Below, one piece after another: positions 22,369 to 33,920 of a stretch of DNA of 64,000 nt (the stretch's first letter is position 1; every line of letters starts with the position of its first letter). The position numbers and the translations under genes were made by a program. The DNA comes from Candidatus Bathyarchaeota archaeon (GTDB lineage: Archaea; Thermoproteota; Bathyarchaeia; Bathyarchaeales; Bathycorpusculaceae): assembly GCA_963768425.1 (NCBI GenBank), contig CAVYHV010000008.1:32001-96000 (forward strand). The letters are read 5' to 3'. The notes under the pieces were generated by a model. The model was not told the DNA's origin. It did no database searches and saw only the letters and a program-made list of their open reading frames with translations.

Positions 22369-23400
22369 ATGAAAAACATGCAAGGATCGCCGAAAAGAAG
22401 TAATGGTTACTGTTTAGGAATTGAATCTTCAGCAGACGACTTCGGCGTCGGCATAGCCACGTTTAACGGCGAAATACTCGCCAATAATTCTGATAGCTAT
22501 ATACCCGAGGAAGGTGGAATTCATCCGCGGGAGGCTGCAAGGCATCATTCTGATGTCGCGGACAAAGTTGTAAAGGAAGCTTTAATCGCAGCAGGTTTAA
22601 AGCCCAGTGAATTGTCAGTCATCTCGTTTTCTCAGGGTCCAGGTCTTGGACCAAGTCTGCGCACAGGAGCCACGGTTGCCCGGGCCTTAGCTTCTTACCT
22701 TCAGATCCCCCTCGTCGGTGTCAACCATTCCGTAGCTCACATCGAGATTGGAGAGCTCGAAACTGGCGCGGAAGACCCCGTGACCCTTTATGTTTCTGGC
22801 GGCAACACCATGGTGACCGCGTTTGAAGCTGGACGCTATCGGGTTTTCGGCGAAACATTGGATATTGCACTCGGAAACTGCTTAGATGTTTTCGCGCGGC
22901 AAGCTGGGCTCAAGAACCGAAAAGGTTTGCCGCTTGGAGCTGCCGTCGAGCGGTTGGCGGCTAAGGGCAAAAACTTGGTTTCCCTGCCTTATGTGGTGAA
23001 AGGCATGGATTTGTCTCTTAGCGGTCTGTTGACGTCGGCGACAGTGTGGCTGCAAAAAGATTGCGCGCTTGAGGATTTGTGCTATAGCTTGCAGGAACAC
23101 GCGTTTTCAATGGTTACCGAAGTCACCGAGCGGGCGTTGGCGCATACGGAGAAAAAGGAGGTTTTGTTGACGGGCGGAGTAGCTGCTAACAAGCGGTTAC
23201 AATCCATGCTTGAAATCATATCTAAGGAGCACGATGCGGCATTTAATGTGGTTCCGCTGGAGTTTGCCACGGACAACGGCGCGATGATCGCTTGGACAGG
23301 GGTTTTAGCCTACACGCATGGGTTATTTACGCCTTTAGATGAGAGCTTCGTGAAGCTTCGGTGGCGAGTGGACAAGGTGGATGTGCCATGGAAACAGTAA
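22369..23400 (+). CDS. kae1: KEOPS t6A synthase Kae1
   Basis: GGIHPREAARHH, GPGLGP, VNHSVAHIE, ETLDIA, DNGAMIA. Confidence 0.97.
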   Translation: MKNMQGSPKRSNGYCLGIESSADDFGVGIATFNGEILANNSDSYIPEEGGIHPREAARHHSDVADKVVKEALIAAGLKPSELSVISFSQGPGLGPSLRTGATVARALASYLQIPLVGVNHSVAHIEIGELETGAEDPVTLYVSGGNTMVTAFEAGRYRVFGETLDIALGNCLDVFARQAGLKNRKGLPLGAAVERLAAKGKNLVSLPYVVKGMDLSLSGLLTSATVWLQKDCALEDLCYSLQEHAFSMVTEVTERALAHTEKKEVLLTGGVAANKRLQSMLEIISKEHDAAFNVVPLEFATDNGAMIAWTGVLAYTHGLFTPLDESFVKLRWRVDKVDVPWKQ

Positions 23401-24046
23401 CTCAGAAATCTCTGTTTAAGAAAGGCGCGGAAGCCAGCCTATACTTAGCTCAGTGGCACGGATCAAAGTAATCGTTAAAGTGCGCATCCCAAAAATATAT
23501 CGTCCAGAAGCGTTGGACAAGCAGATTCGAACTTACCGCACGGTCCATGAGCCCCAGTTAATGCATGAAGCCAAAGCCGCTGGAGTGCCCACGCCATTGA
23601 TTTTTATGGTTAACGTTCCAGAAGCCTCGATCACAATGCTGTACATCGAAGGACAACAGATCAAGCAGCTTCTTAATGTTGCTTCCGCGGATCGGAGGCG
23701 AGAACTTTGCGTTACAATAGGCGAATTAATCGCGAAACTTCACAAACAAGGCCTGATCCACGGCGACCTAACAACGTCTAACATGATACTAAGTCCCCAA
23801 GGCAGAATTTACTTCGTTGACTTCGGCTTAGGCGAAAAAAACAGCGAAGTTGAAGCTCAAGGCGTTGATTTACATTTATTGAAGCGGGCTCTACAGAGTA
23901 CCCATTACAAGTTCTGGGAACAATGCTTCAAAAATGTCCTATCAGGTTACTCCAACACTTTAGGTGTTGAAGCTGCGGAAAAGGTTTATGAGAAAATCCG
24001 AGAAATAGAGAGGCGTGGGCGCTATGTCGAAGAAAGAAAACATTAA
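23388..24046 (+). CDS. bud32: KEOPS kinase Bud32 (1 indel)
   Basis: KGAEA, IHGDLTTSN, DFGL, VDLHLL, RGRY. Confidence 0.95.
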
Positions 24047-24652
24047 ACAAGCCTGCGTTTCTAAGGTCAAAGTCGTATTTTTCGCGACTGGAAACATCAA
24101 TAAGTTCAATGAAGCTCGAAGCATCCTAGCCCCTGCGGCTTCGCTGTTGCGATGATACGCATGAAGGGTAATGAGATACAAAGCGACAGCCTAAAAGAAA
24201 TAGCCACCTCAGCCGCGGTAAACGCATTCAAAAGCACCCAACTGCCCATTATTGTAGAAGACGCAGGCTTATTCATCAAGGCCCTTGGAGGTTTTCCCGG
24301 ACCATATGCAGCCTTCGTCTATAAAACAATCCATAACAGTGGGATTCTGCATTTAATGGAAAACGTCAAGGACAGACAAGCCAAATTTCAGTCAGTCATA
24401 GTTTACATCGACGATGCTCTTTGCGAACCACAATGCTTCAACGGTGAATCCAAAGGCGAAATAACCCTGACGGAACGCAAAACAGCTGGGAGGGCAGCAT
24501 TTGGCTTTGACCCGATTTTTCAGCCTGTTGGATCCAGCAAGTCTTTTGCGGAAATGAATACTGAGGAGAAAAACGGTTATTCGCATAGGGCTATGGCTTT
24601 TCGGAAATTTGCTGAATGGTGCGAATCTGGAAAAATGCAAAGTGACCCATGA
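24024..24652 (+). CDS. rdgB: XTP/dITP pyrophosphatase, HAM1/RdgB (1 indel)
   Basis: FATGNINK, EDAGL, GFPGPY, FGFDPIF, EKNGYSHR. Confidence 0.94.
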
Positions 24653-24734
24653 GTTAGATTTCGATGTTTCCATATGCAGGATTACTTTTAAATATTGGCG
24701 CAGTGTGGTTTAGGTGCAGTTTAAGGTGTAACAT

Positions 24735-25175
24735 TTGCCAAAGCAGGAAAAAGGAAAATCCCATTCAATCCGCCCAGTCAGCAGACGTCCTCCAAGCTGG
24801 TGCAAGTATCAGCCTGAAGAAGTAGAATCATTCATAATAAAATTGGCCAAGGAAGGCCACTCACTCAGCAGCATAGGCACCATCCTGAGGGATCAATACG
24901 CGATTCCCCTTGCAAAGCCAATCGTCGGCAAAAGCATAAGCGACGTTTTGGAAAGCGCAGGGTTAGCTCCAACGATGCCTGAAGACCTCACAAACCTCAT
25001 GAAGAAAGCGCAGAGCCTCGCGGTTCACCTAGACAAAAACAAGAAGGACCTGCATAACAAACGCAACATGCAGATCATCGAAGCAAGAATCCACAAGCTC
25101 TCACGATACTACAAGCGCGAAGGCGTCATAGCCAAGAACTGGAAGTACGAAGCAAAAATCGCCTCCGTAACCTAA
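24735..25175 (+). CDS. rps15: 30S ribosomal protein S15 (uS15/S13e)
   Basis: KGKSHS.RP, IGTILRDQY, PEDL, EARIHKLSRYYK. Confidence 0.97.
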   Translation: MPKQEKGKSHSIRPVSRRPPSWCKYQPEEVESFIIKLAKEGHSLSSIGTILRDQYAIPLAKPIVGKSISDVLESAGLAPTMPEDLTNLMKKAQSLAVHLDKNKKDLHNKRNMQIIEARIHKLSRYYKREGVIAKNWKYEAKIASVT

Positions 25176-25270
25176 ACGCTCTTCTCACTTTTTTCAAGCG
25201 TTTTCTGTTTTAGTGTTGATACGCTAGCTTTAAATCTAATCACCGCATTTTAGCCAAAGAGTGAACCTGG

Positions 25271-26740
25271 ATGGCTGCGCAGCAAGCATCAATCGACCGC
25301 TTCTTAGCACAGGCGGCGGAAGCATCCAAAGTAATTTTGGAAGCAGGCACAAAAAGACGGATTCATCCATGTTTTTTCGCATTTGGATGCCGACGGAATT
25401 GCAGCGGCAGGCGTCATGGGAAAAACCCTGTTCAGGCTCAACGCCAAGTTCAGAATCAGAATCACTCAGCAGCTTGACGAAAAAATCATCGGTGAAATAG
25501 TCGCTGACAAACCGCAACTTGTGATTTTGACAGATTTCGGCAGCGGCTACCTTGACATGCTAAACGAGAAGATTCCCAACTTCAAAGTCCTAATCCTTGA
25601 CCATCACCAAGTAAACGGCACATCAAGCAACCCAAATTTTGTTCAGGTTAACCCTCACATGTTCGGCATCGACGGCGCATCAGACGTCAGCGGCTCAGGC
25701 GTCGCCTACTTCGTTGCAAAAGCAGTGAACTCAGCAAACGTGGATTTGGCGCCTGTGGCTTTAGTCGGCGCGTTGGGCGACATGCAGGACAAATATGACC
25801 AGAGAAAACTCTGCAGCCTCAACGAGATAATCGTTGACGACGCCGTCGCTGCTGGCTTGTTGAAGGTTGAGAAGGACTTAACTTTTTTCGGCAGGGAAAC
25901 CCGACCAATCTACAAGATGCTGGCAACCACGACAAACCCGTTTATTCCAGGCTTAAGCGGAGAAGAAGACAAGGCCTTGGCTTTTCTGGCAAGCCTAAAC
26001 ATCCCGCTTAAGCAAGGAGACAGACCGCGGGCGCTATGCGACTTAAACGACGAGGAAAGAAAACGTCTGTGCTCAGCCCTGGCGGACCATTTGCTTGTCT
26101 AAGGGGTTGCATATGGAGGTTGAGAACCTCATCGGCTACATTTACATTTTAACCAAAGAAGAACCTAACACCGCATTGCGTGACGCAAGGGAATTCGCAG
26201 TCGTTCTCAACTCGACGGGACGCATGGACAGACCAAGCTTAGGCATAGCCATATGCATGGGCGACCGCAAAGCCGCCTTGGAGGAATCAAACAAGATACT
26301 TGAAGACTACCGCAGAAACATCAACAAGTATCTTGGCTGGGTAGCAGAAAAACCCGAGCGGATGCGTGAACTTGAAAACATCTACGTCATCTACGGCGAA
26401 AGCTTCATCAACGAAAAAATCATCGGAACCGTCTCATCCATCATCGTCTCAAGCCTCGACAAACAACGAAAAACCCCTAATAGCGTTCGCCAACGTTGAA
26501 AAAGAGACAGCAGCCAAGTTTTCAGGCAGAACAACCGAGGCAGCGATTCGAAAAGGCGTAAACCTCGGGGAAGTCATGCGGTTAGCTTCAGAAGCCCACG
26601 GCGGCAAAGGCGGAGGACACAACATCGCTGCAGGAGCCCAAGTCCCGCTTGACGAGATTAACGGGTTCATCAAAGATGTTAATGAATTAGTCGGCAAACA
26701 GTTGAAGGGAGAAAAGATTGGAAGCGACAATAAGCCTTGA
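25271..26740 (+). CDS. DHH family phosphoesterase (RecJ/Cdc45-like), split by 3 indels
   Basis: HLDADG, TDFGSG, LDHH, GALGDMQD, GGGHNIAAGA; usual position after rps15. Confidence 0.9.
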
Positions 26741-26963
26741 GTACGCTGACAAGAAGCTTGCGAAAGCAGTCGCCAACGCCGTTTCTCCAGACAATTTTAA
26801 AACGCCGCCTAAACTGACTGTGAAAACCACATTAAACCAGCGAAAAGTGATAACTGTGATTCAATGTGAAAGCAAACTTGCCACATTCACCGCAACGATT
26901 GACGATTTGCTTTTCTGCGCAACCACGGCTGAAAAAGCGGTTAAAGCGGTCACAAAGATTTAA
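26718..26963 (+). CDS. pcc1: KEOPS subunit Pcc1
   Basis: AVSPDN, ATIDDLL pattern; operon context. Confidence 0.85.
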   Translation: MEATISLEYADKKLAKAVANAVSPDNFKTPPKLTVKTTLNQRKVITVIQCESKLATFTATIDDLLFCATTAEKAVKAVTKI

Positions 26964-27096
26964 ACAGCGCCAACTGCCCCTCAAGGGCTGACTATCTCTG
27001 GTTTCTTAGGTCAAGTTCTAAATATAACTTGCCTTACTGTAAAGTAAATAAATAAGCGAACACAACATTAAACAAACTTCCAATTGGGTGAATTCA

Positions 27097-28920
27097 TTGA
27101 AACGAACAAATGTAGTATTGATGATTACTGTTTCCTTTTACTAGTTTTCCTGCCGGTTGCCATGTCTGGAACGGTTTTTGCCCAAACCTCAGGCTACACC
27201 ATCACGCAGGTTAACCATCAGGTTCAAGTCTTATATAGTGGGCAAGTGGTCATTTCAGGATACGTTTTATGTTTCTGGACAAGTAACCGACGGCTTCACA
27301 GTCGGGTTACCCGCCCAATACAGCGCCGACATCCTCAACGCCGTAGCATACGATTCCAATAACGTTTACCAAGTGAACTTGGGAGTTCAGTTAGGTGACC
27401 AAAGCGGATTTTACGGTGCCGAAGTAAACTTCAACGGGCAAACACCCAGCGTCTTCACCGTAGCTTTTGTTCTGTCAAGTGGCGTTCTTACTCAATATGA
27501 CTCGGGCGACTACACTCTTAATTTCCCCGCTTATCCTGGTCTTACCGAAAGCGTCGGCAGCTGCAACGTAACGCTCACTTTTCCAAGTGCTCCTACATTT
27601 ATCGACATAACCAAACCCGATGGAATCGTGAATACAGAAAACTATGTCACTTCGAACCTGCCTGCCTACACTTTTTCTCCGGGTTCTGCCGCCGTTCAAG
27701 TAGCCAACGAAACCATACAGAAGGCAGACATAACCAGTCTGGATCGCCAAATAACTATTGACCCAACAGGCAAAGTTTCTGCTTCAGATACATACACGAT
27801 CGTTAACAACTCAACGTTGTCGATGCAGTCTTTTCTCTTAGATGTTCCGCTTAACGCGCGAAACGTTGTAGTAAGAGACGAGTCCGGTGCAACGCTCACA
27901 ATTGCTGGCAGCTCAAAAATCTACGGCGCTTTGCAGGAGAATACCACCTTAATAACGCTCGCGGCGAACGGGCAATCCTCAACGTTAACTGCAAGCTACA
28001 ATTTGCCGAGCGCAACCCTCAAAGGTTCACAATACACGTTAAGCAACTTTGAGCTTTTCCCATACTTCAATTACTACGTTGCACAGGCAAGCTTCACTCT
28101 TAACCCGCCCCAGGGAGCAAAAATCACAACTCCTCAGATATCCTCAATTGACGTATCCAGCACCCTGACAAGAACTGCCTTCCAAGACACCCTTACCTTA
28201 GCTGGAAACGGAATAACCTACCTCAACTACATCATGCCGCAAAGCAACATAATCCAATTCTCCTTCACATACAACCCAATCTGGGTATCTTTCATGCCAA
28301 CCTTCTGGCTCGCTTTTGCCGCAGTTATCGGATGCATAGGCGCGGTTGTCTATCAGAAACGTAAACCAGGCGAAAAACAACCAACCGCATTCAAAAAAGT
28401 TAAGCCTTCGACTCCAACACCCATTGCTGAAACACCGACGGGGCAACAAGCGACAAGCGCCGAACCAAGAACTGTGGCTCCTGTCACCAGTCAACGTCTC
28501 ACAGGCGAAAACATCAGAGATTTCACCGAGTCTTATGAAGAGAAGAAACGGTTGCACGCTGAAATCAGGTCTTTGGATATGAAGGCCCATAAAGGGAAGA
28601 TTCCCCGGCGCCAATACAAAGTTCAACGAGGTGCAATAGAGACTCGTCTAGAAACAATTTCACGCAACACTGATCGCATAAAGGAAATCCTCAGAAACTC
28701 AGGTGGCGTCAACTCAGACCTGATTAAGCAACTTGACTCTGCCGAAGAAGACCTCTCTGAAGCTGAAGAAGACATCAAGAACCTAGAAGACCAGCAGAGC
28801 AGAGGCGAAATATCAATAGAAGCCTACAAGAAAAATATCGGGGATTACCAGAAACACCGAGACAAAGCTGAATCAACATTGAACGGAATTCTGCTCAGAT
28901 TACGTGAAAAAGCACGTTAA
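27097..28920 (+). CDS. single-pass membrane protein, ribophorin-I-like (2 indels near 5' end)
   Basis: Signal peptide, two beta-rich extracellular repeats, TM segment (FWLAFAAVIGCIGAVVY), cytoplasmic coiled coil; family assignment inferred. Confidence 0.6.
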
Positions 28921-28980
28921 AACACCTAAAACCTTTTATTTTACTCACGAGCTTTTCAAGAAAATCAGAGGTAGACAAAA

Positions 28981-29160
28981 ATGGTAAAAATAGTTGTTGA
29001 CCCCAAATGCACCGGATGCGAAACATGCGTAAACACTTGCCCTGTCGGCGTCTACGAAATCAAAGATGGCAAATCTACACCATCAAAATCCAGCGAATGC
29101 TTGGTTTGCAGAGCATGTGAAGCCCAGTGTCCTGAAGGCGCAATTCAAGTAATCGAATAA
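28981..29160 (+). CDS. 2x[4Fe-4S] ferredoxin (59 aa)
   Basis: MVKIVVDPKCTGCETCVNTCP...ECLVCRACEAQCP; below ORF-track cutoff. Confidence 0.95.
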   Translation: MVKIVVDPKCTGCETCVNTCPVGVYEIKDGKSTPSKSSECLVCRACEAQCPEGAIQVIE

Positions 29161-29301
29161 ATCTGACGCTTAAAATTCAATTACGCATGTATCTCTCAGC
29201 AGCAGAGCAAGAGAGATTATTCCCTTCTTTTAGTTAATTTATGGTTTATTTCTAAAAATTTGGTCAAAACTTTGATATTGGTTCTTTATTCACCACTTGT
29301 T

Positions 29302-29412
29302 TCAGTCTTCAATGTTCCATAAAAACCTGATGACTTTTGAAATCTGCTCCACTGTCACGCGGTCAATTTTCTGTTCTTCTTCCATGTTTTTAAGGGGAAT
29401 AGAGTTTGCCAT
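29302..29412 (-). CDS. putative 36-aa small protein
   Basis: MANSIPLKNMEEEQKIDRVTVEQISKVIRFLWNIED in an otherwise empty intergenic gap. Confidence 0.4.
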   Translation of the reverse strand: MANSIPLKNMEEEQKIDRVTVEQISKVIRFLWNIED

Positions 29413-29632
29413 GAACCTTGATATTGGGTGCTTGAGCTATAACAATTATGTTGACTTAGACTTCGAACTTCGAAGTAACCCAAAAAACAACGCGGAGCAT
29501 ATTGACATTTTCCTGCCTATTTTCCTTCTCGATTTTCGACCTTTGCGACCGTTAAATCTTGGGCTATCCTAAGGTTGAATAGATGATTTTGCGGGCAACA
29601 GTTATATTCTGAAACTGGAAAGTAGTAGAATC

Positions 29633-29908
29633 ATGGTAGACAAAATCCACTGCGCACACATTCTTGTCAAAACGGAGACAGAAGCCAAAAACATCAAGAT
29701 TCGACTTGATAAAGGTGAAAAATTCGGCGCCATAGCAAAAAACGTCTCCCAATGTCCATCTGCAAAGAACGGAGGAGACCTTGGAACTTTCACAAGGGGC
29801 AAGATGGTTAAGGAGTTCGAAAAAGCCGCTTTCGCCCTTGAGAAGGGTCAGACTTCTGAACCTGTTAAGACACAGTTTGGGTACCACATAATTAAACGGG
29901 TAGAATAG
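29633..29908 (+). CDS. parvulin-type peptidyl-prolyl isomerase
   Basis: [31 protein letters not shown]. Confidence 0.95.
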   Translation: MVDKIHCAHILVKTETEAKNIKIRLDKGEKFGAIAKNVSQCPSAKNGGDLGTFTRGKMVKEFEKAAFALEKGQTSEPVKTQFGYHIIKRVE

Positions 29909-30010
29909 CCAAGCTACGCTATGGCATGTGCTGTTCAAACGATGCGAACGGAAAGGAGCATTTTTGATTTTAAGCAAGGTCCCTGTAGCTTGCTTTTCTG
30001 CCGTCGGTGG

Positions 30011-30036
30011 TTAATCGATTAAAAGATATATCTTTT
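30011..30036. promoter_or_regulatory. two abutting perfect palindromes upstream of copA (candidate operator)
   Basis: TTAATCGATTAA (30011-30022) and AAAAGATATATCTTTT (30021-30036). Confidence 0.4.
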
Positions 30037-30093
30037 TCAGACACATTTATATGGATATAAACTCCAATATTCTTAAACGTAAAGTGAGAAAAC

Positions 30094-32205
30094 ATGGTCA
30101 CTGCAAGAGACCCCGTATGCGGCATGGATGTTGACACAGAAACAGCCCTCAGCGCCAAAATCGGCGACAGAACTTACTATTTTTGCAGCCAACAATGCCT
30201 TGACGTCTACACGGCACCAGAACGCGAACTCGAAGCAATGCAGCGGCGCGTTGCATTCACGTTAACTGGCGCCATAGCAGCCCTAGCTTTGAAAGTGATT
30301 ACACTTTTTGGTCTCATTACCGCAATAATGTATTTTGACGTTGTTGGAAAACTACGAGTTTACGACATCGCGGTGTTCATTGTATCGACACCTATAGTCT
30401 GGATTGCTGGGTATAGAATCTACAAGGGCGCTTATCAATCGCTTCGAAACCGCAACATAAACATGGATGTTCTGGTCACTGTCGGAGTTCTCGCAGGCTG
30501 GATTTACGGTGTCATAAACGTGTTCATCCTTCCTTCTGCCACGCAGCCAGGCTCAGGTTACATGGAAGTAGCCATCGGCATCTTAGCTTTCGTGCTGCTG
30601 GGAAGATATATCGAAGAGTTAATTCGACGACGCAGCGCCGCATCAATACGAAAACTGCTCGAACTTCAACCAACCATGGCAAGAGTCATCAGGGATGGCA
30701 AAGAAACCGACATATCAATGGACCAAGTGCAGGTTGGAGACGCGATTATTGTTAAGCCCGGAGAAAAAATCCCAATCGATGGAATTGTGACTGCAGGGTA
30801 TTCGTCAGTTGATGAGAAACTTATCACGGGCGAAGGCATTCCTGTTGAGAAAACTGTCGGAAGCGAAGTTGTCGGCGCCACAATAAACAAAACCGGGGTC
30901 CTGATAATAAAGGCGACTCGTATCGGCGACGAAACTGCCCTTGGACAAATTGTTCATCTTGTTGAAGAAGCCCAAGCCTCAAGTGCTCCCGTTCAAAGGT
31001 TTGCTGACCGTATTGTCAGATGGTTTGTCCCAATCATCTTGTCTGCAGCAGCCGTTTCATTTGCCTATTGGTTTGTGACAACCGGCAACTTCGCAACCGC
31101 ATTCCTTGTGCTGCTGGCTGTGATATTGATATCTTGCCCATGCGCTTTGGGAATAGCGACGCCGACAGCTATTCTTGCAGGTGTCGGAAAAGGCGCAGAG
31201 TACGGTGTTCTTCTTCGCAGTGGAGAATATGTTGAGAAGGCAAGAAAGCTAACGACTGTGGTTTTCGACAAGACTGGCACGTTGACAAAGGGTGAGCCAA
31301 GCGTAACCGACATCAAAACTTACAACGGGTGGGATGAACAAATGGTGCTTGCGTATGCAGGTTCAGCTGAGAAAGGTTCTGAGCATCCTTTAGCGGAAGC
31401 AATTCTTCTGAAAGCTAAATCCGACAAAGTTCATATTGAGCATGCAGATAATTTCGAAGCGTTGCCCGGCAAGGGCGTCGTGTGCTACGTGGAAAAAAGA
31501 AAGGTCCTGCTTGGGAATCGCAAGTTACTTCAGGAACAAGGAGTGTCCATCAGCCGAGAAGAGGGTGATTTGACATTGTTGGAATCACAGGGAAAAACCG
31601 TCATGATTCTTGCTGTTGACGGAAAGATTGTCGGATTAATTGCAGCAATGGACATCCTGAAAGAAAATGCTGCCGAAGCAGTGGTGCAATTGAAAGCCTT
31701 GAATTTGGAAGTTGCAATCCTAACAGGCGACAACGAGCGAACCGCCCGAGCAATAGCCCAGCAACTGGGAATCACCCAAGTAATCGCTAACGTTCTGCCA
31801 TGGCAAAAAGCCGACGTCATCAAAAATCTGCAGGCTGAAGGAAAAGTGGTAGCCATGGTCGGTGACGGAATAAACGATGCACCAGCACTTGCAATAGCCG
31901 ACATTGGAATAGCCATAGGTAGCGGGACGGACATTGCCAAAGAAACAGGCGGTATAGTGCTCATAAGAGACGACCTCAGGGACGTTGCCTTAGGAATCGA
32001 ACTAAGCAAAAAAACAATGCGAAAAATTGACACTAACCTGTTCTGGGCTTTTGCCTACAACGCCGTCATGATTCCAGTTGCCGCTGCTGGTTTGCTTAAT
32101 CCGATGTATGCAGCTGGAGCAATGGCAATAAGCAGCTTAACCGTGGTCAGCAACTCGGCACTCATTAAGTTGGTTAAATTTAAATCAAAGAAACTTAATG
32201 ACTAA
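30094..32205 (+). CDS. copA: Cu(I)-type P1B-ATPase with N-terminal YHS/TRASH domain
   Basis: DPVCGM..YFCSQQC, TGE, CPC, DKTGT, HP, GDGIND, YN, MAISS. Confidence 0.93.
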   Translation: MVTARDPVCGMDVDTETALSAKIGDRTYYFCSQQCLDVYTAPERELEAMQRRVAFTLTGAIAALALKVITLFGLITAIMYFDVVGKLRVYDIAVFIVSTPIVWIAGYRIYKGAYQSLRNRNINMDVLVTVGVLAGWIYGVINVFILPSATQPGSGYMEVAIGILAFVLLGRYIEELIRRRSAASIRKLLELQPTMARVIRDGKETDISMDQVQVGDAIIVKPGEKIPIDGIVTAGYSSVDEKLITGEGIPVEKTVGSEVVGATINKTGVLIIKATRIGDETALGQIVHLVEEAQASSAPVQRFADRIVRWFVPIILSAAAVSFAYWFVTTGNFATAFLVLLAVILISCPCALGIATPTAILAGVGKGAEYGVLLRSGEYVEKARKLTTVVFDKTGTLTKGEPSVTDIKTYNGWDEQMVLAYAGSAEKGSEHPLAEAILLKAKSDKVHIEHADNFEALPGKGVVCYVEKRKVLLGNRKLLQEQGVSISREEGDLTLLESQGKTVMILAVDGKIVGLIAAMDILKENAAEAVVQLKALNLEVAILTGDNERTARAIAQQLGITQVIANVLPWQKADVIKNLQAEGKVVAMVGDGINDAPALAIADIGIAIGSGTDIAKETGGIVLIRDDLRDVALGIELSKKTMRKIDTNLFWAFAYNAVMIPVAAAGLLNPMYAAGAMAISSLTVVSNSALIKLVKFKSKKLND

Positions 32206-32230
32206 CATAGACATTTTGGAGGTGATGTTT

Positions 32231-32377
32231 ATGGCTAAAGATCCAGTTTGCGGCATGACTGTTGACGAGAAAAAAGCCAAATTCAAATCCGACTACAAAG
32301 GCAAAACCTACTACTTCTGCGCACCCACATGCAAAACAACTTTCGACAAAAACCCGACAAAATTCGCCGGCGCATAA
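32231..32377 (+). CDS. YHS/TRASH metallochaperone (48 aa)
   Basis: MAKDPVCGMTVD...YYFCAPTC..F; GGAGGTGA RBS. Confidence 0.92.
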   Translation: MAKDPVCGMTVDEKKAKFKSDYKGKTYYFCAPTCKTTFDKNPTKFAGA

Positions 32378-32610
32378 GAAGGGTGAAACTTCGTAAACTG
32401 TCGGGTTAGGAATTTATTTTTCCGTTTTCTTCTTTGCTTCTCCCTCTCTCTTTTTCAACAGCTTCATCGAATTATCTGTTTTCTGACGCCGACGGGTACT
32501 TAAATAAGTCTTCTATAAAGCACTCGTTCCAGATGTCTTTTCCGCAAATAAACAATAAGATAAAGGGTTCTACACTTGTTTTTTGGCTTGCTCTCTTGTC
32601 TGCTCTCCCT

Positions 32611-33255
32611 TTAGAAAGCGCCTAAGAGAACGTGTTCGGCGAACAAGTCTTCGTTGAACGCTCCAGTGAACTCTATTTTCTCGTTAATGATGATTTTGGG
32701 CACGCCAATGACGTTGTATTTCATGGCTAAATCTGGGAACTCCCCACTGTCTATAACGTCAGCCTTTACAAGAGGGCTTTCAACAGCTAGTTTATGTGCG
32801 ACTGCCGCGGCTGCTGGGCAATGGGGGCAAGTTAAGCTTACGAAGACTTGGATGTGAACTGGAGATTTGACTTCTTTAAGAATCGACTTCGTGTTTTCAG
32901 ACAGGTCAGTTACCCCCTTTGACACGGTAATTACGGCTTCAATCAGAGTTTGAAGCTCATACCCATAAGGTATCCCGTAGATTCTCACACCGTAGTCTTT
33001 CTTGCCTATAATCGCCAACGCAGGTATCTTGTCGATTCCCAGTTCCTTGGCTCGAGCTGAGTCAGCCACAAAATCAAGAACCTCCAAGGAGATTTTCTCA
33101 CTAAGAGGTGGCAACTCCTGCACTAACGCTCTGGTTTGAGAGCAATATTGACATTCAATCTCCTGTGTAAACATGACTATTTTGACTGGGTCAACCAGTT
33201 TCTCCTTAAAGTCGACTTTAAGCAACTCTTTCTTGTCATCCGGGATCAAACTCAA
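32611..33255 (-). CDS. protein-disulfide oxidoreductase (PDO, two thioredoxin units)
   Basis: CQYC and CPHC motifs, GIPYGYE. Confidence 0.93.
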   Translation of the reverse strand: MSLIPDDKKELLKVDFKEKLVDPVKIVMFTQEIECQYCSQTRALVQELPPLSEKISLEVLDFVADSARAKELGIDKIPALAIIGKKDYGVRIYGIPYGYELQTLIEAVITVSKGVTDLSENTKSILKEVKSPVHIQVFVSLTCPHCPAAAAVAHKLAVESPLVKADVIDSGEFPDLAMKYNVIGVPKIIINEKIEFTGAFNEDLFAEHVLLGAF

Positions 33256-33484
33256 AAGCTAGACCTCCAAAATCTCTCGATAATTCCAATATTAAACAGA
33301 TTGCTCAGGCATATATTGATTTTTGAATTTCCCAAGACCTCTATAAGCTATCCTCTGCTCAGTTCCGTTTTGCCGACCCGAAGACCCACGTTTATCCGCT
33401 AAACATTTGGAAAACAATCGCAGACAAAAGCCATATAAACAAAGGCAGCTATCAAACCTTGATTTTTACACGTCTAATTTGGCG

Positions 33485-33913
33485 ATGCAAAACTTGACTA
33501 CGAAAATGTACGCTAACGCAAAATTGATTGAAGGCTTCCAAATAGTTCTTGACGACGGAGAAGCCCACAGCACGATTGTGGATCTTGCGCCTGAGCTTGG
33601 AACAGGGCTAGGGCATAGCTCGCTTGAGCTCTGCGTGATGAGCCATGCCGGTTGTTACGTTACAATTCTCGCCTTCGTGGCGAAGAAGATGCATTTGGCG
33701 ATCAAAGGGGCAAAAGTTAAGGTTGAAGCTGTAAAGTCGGATGAAACTGGAACTGTCAGCGAAGAAACCTTTGACATAAACATTAAGACGGATGCGCTTA
33801 TGGATAGGATTGAGAGGCTGCATAAGTTGACGCTTGAAACTTGCCCCGTAGGGATACTTTTCGAGAAGGCAGGAGTCAAAATAAGCTACAAACTAAACAT
33901 TACAAAGGAGTAA
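33485..33913 (+). CDS. OsmC family protein
   Basis: SHAGC and CPVG cysteines. Confidence 0.88.
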   Translation: MQNLTTKMYANAKLIEGFQIVLDDGEAHSTIVDLAPELGTGLGHSSLELCVMSHAGCYVTILAFVAKKMHLAIKGAKVKVEAVKSDETGTVSEETFDINIKTDALMDRIERLHKLTLETCPVGILFEKAGVKISYKLNITKE

Positions 33914-33920
33914 AAAAAAC

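Noticed and set aside
22369-26963. kae1-bud32-rdgB-rps15-DHH-pcc1 cluster as a novel system
   Set aside because: Well-known conserved archaeal gene neighbourhood.
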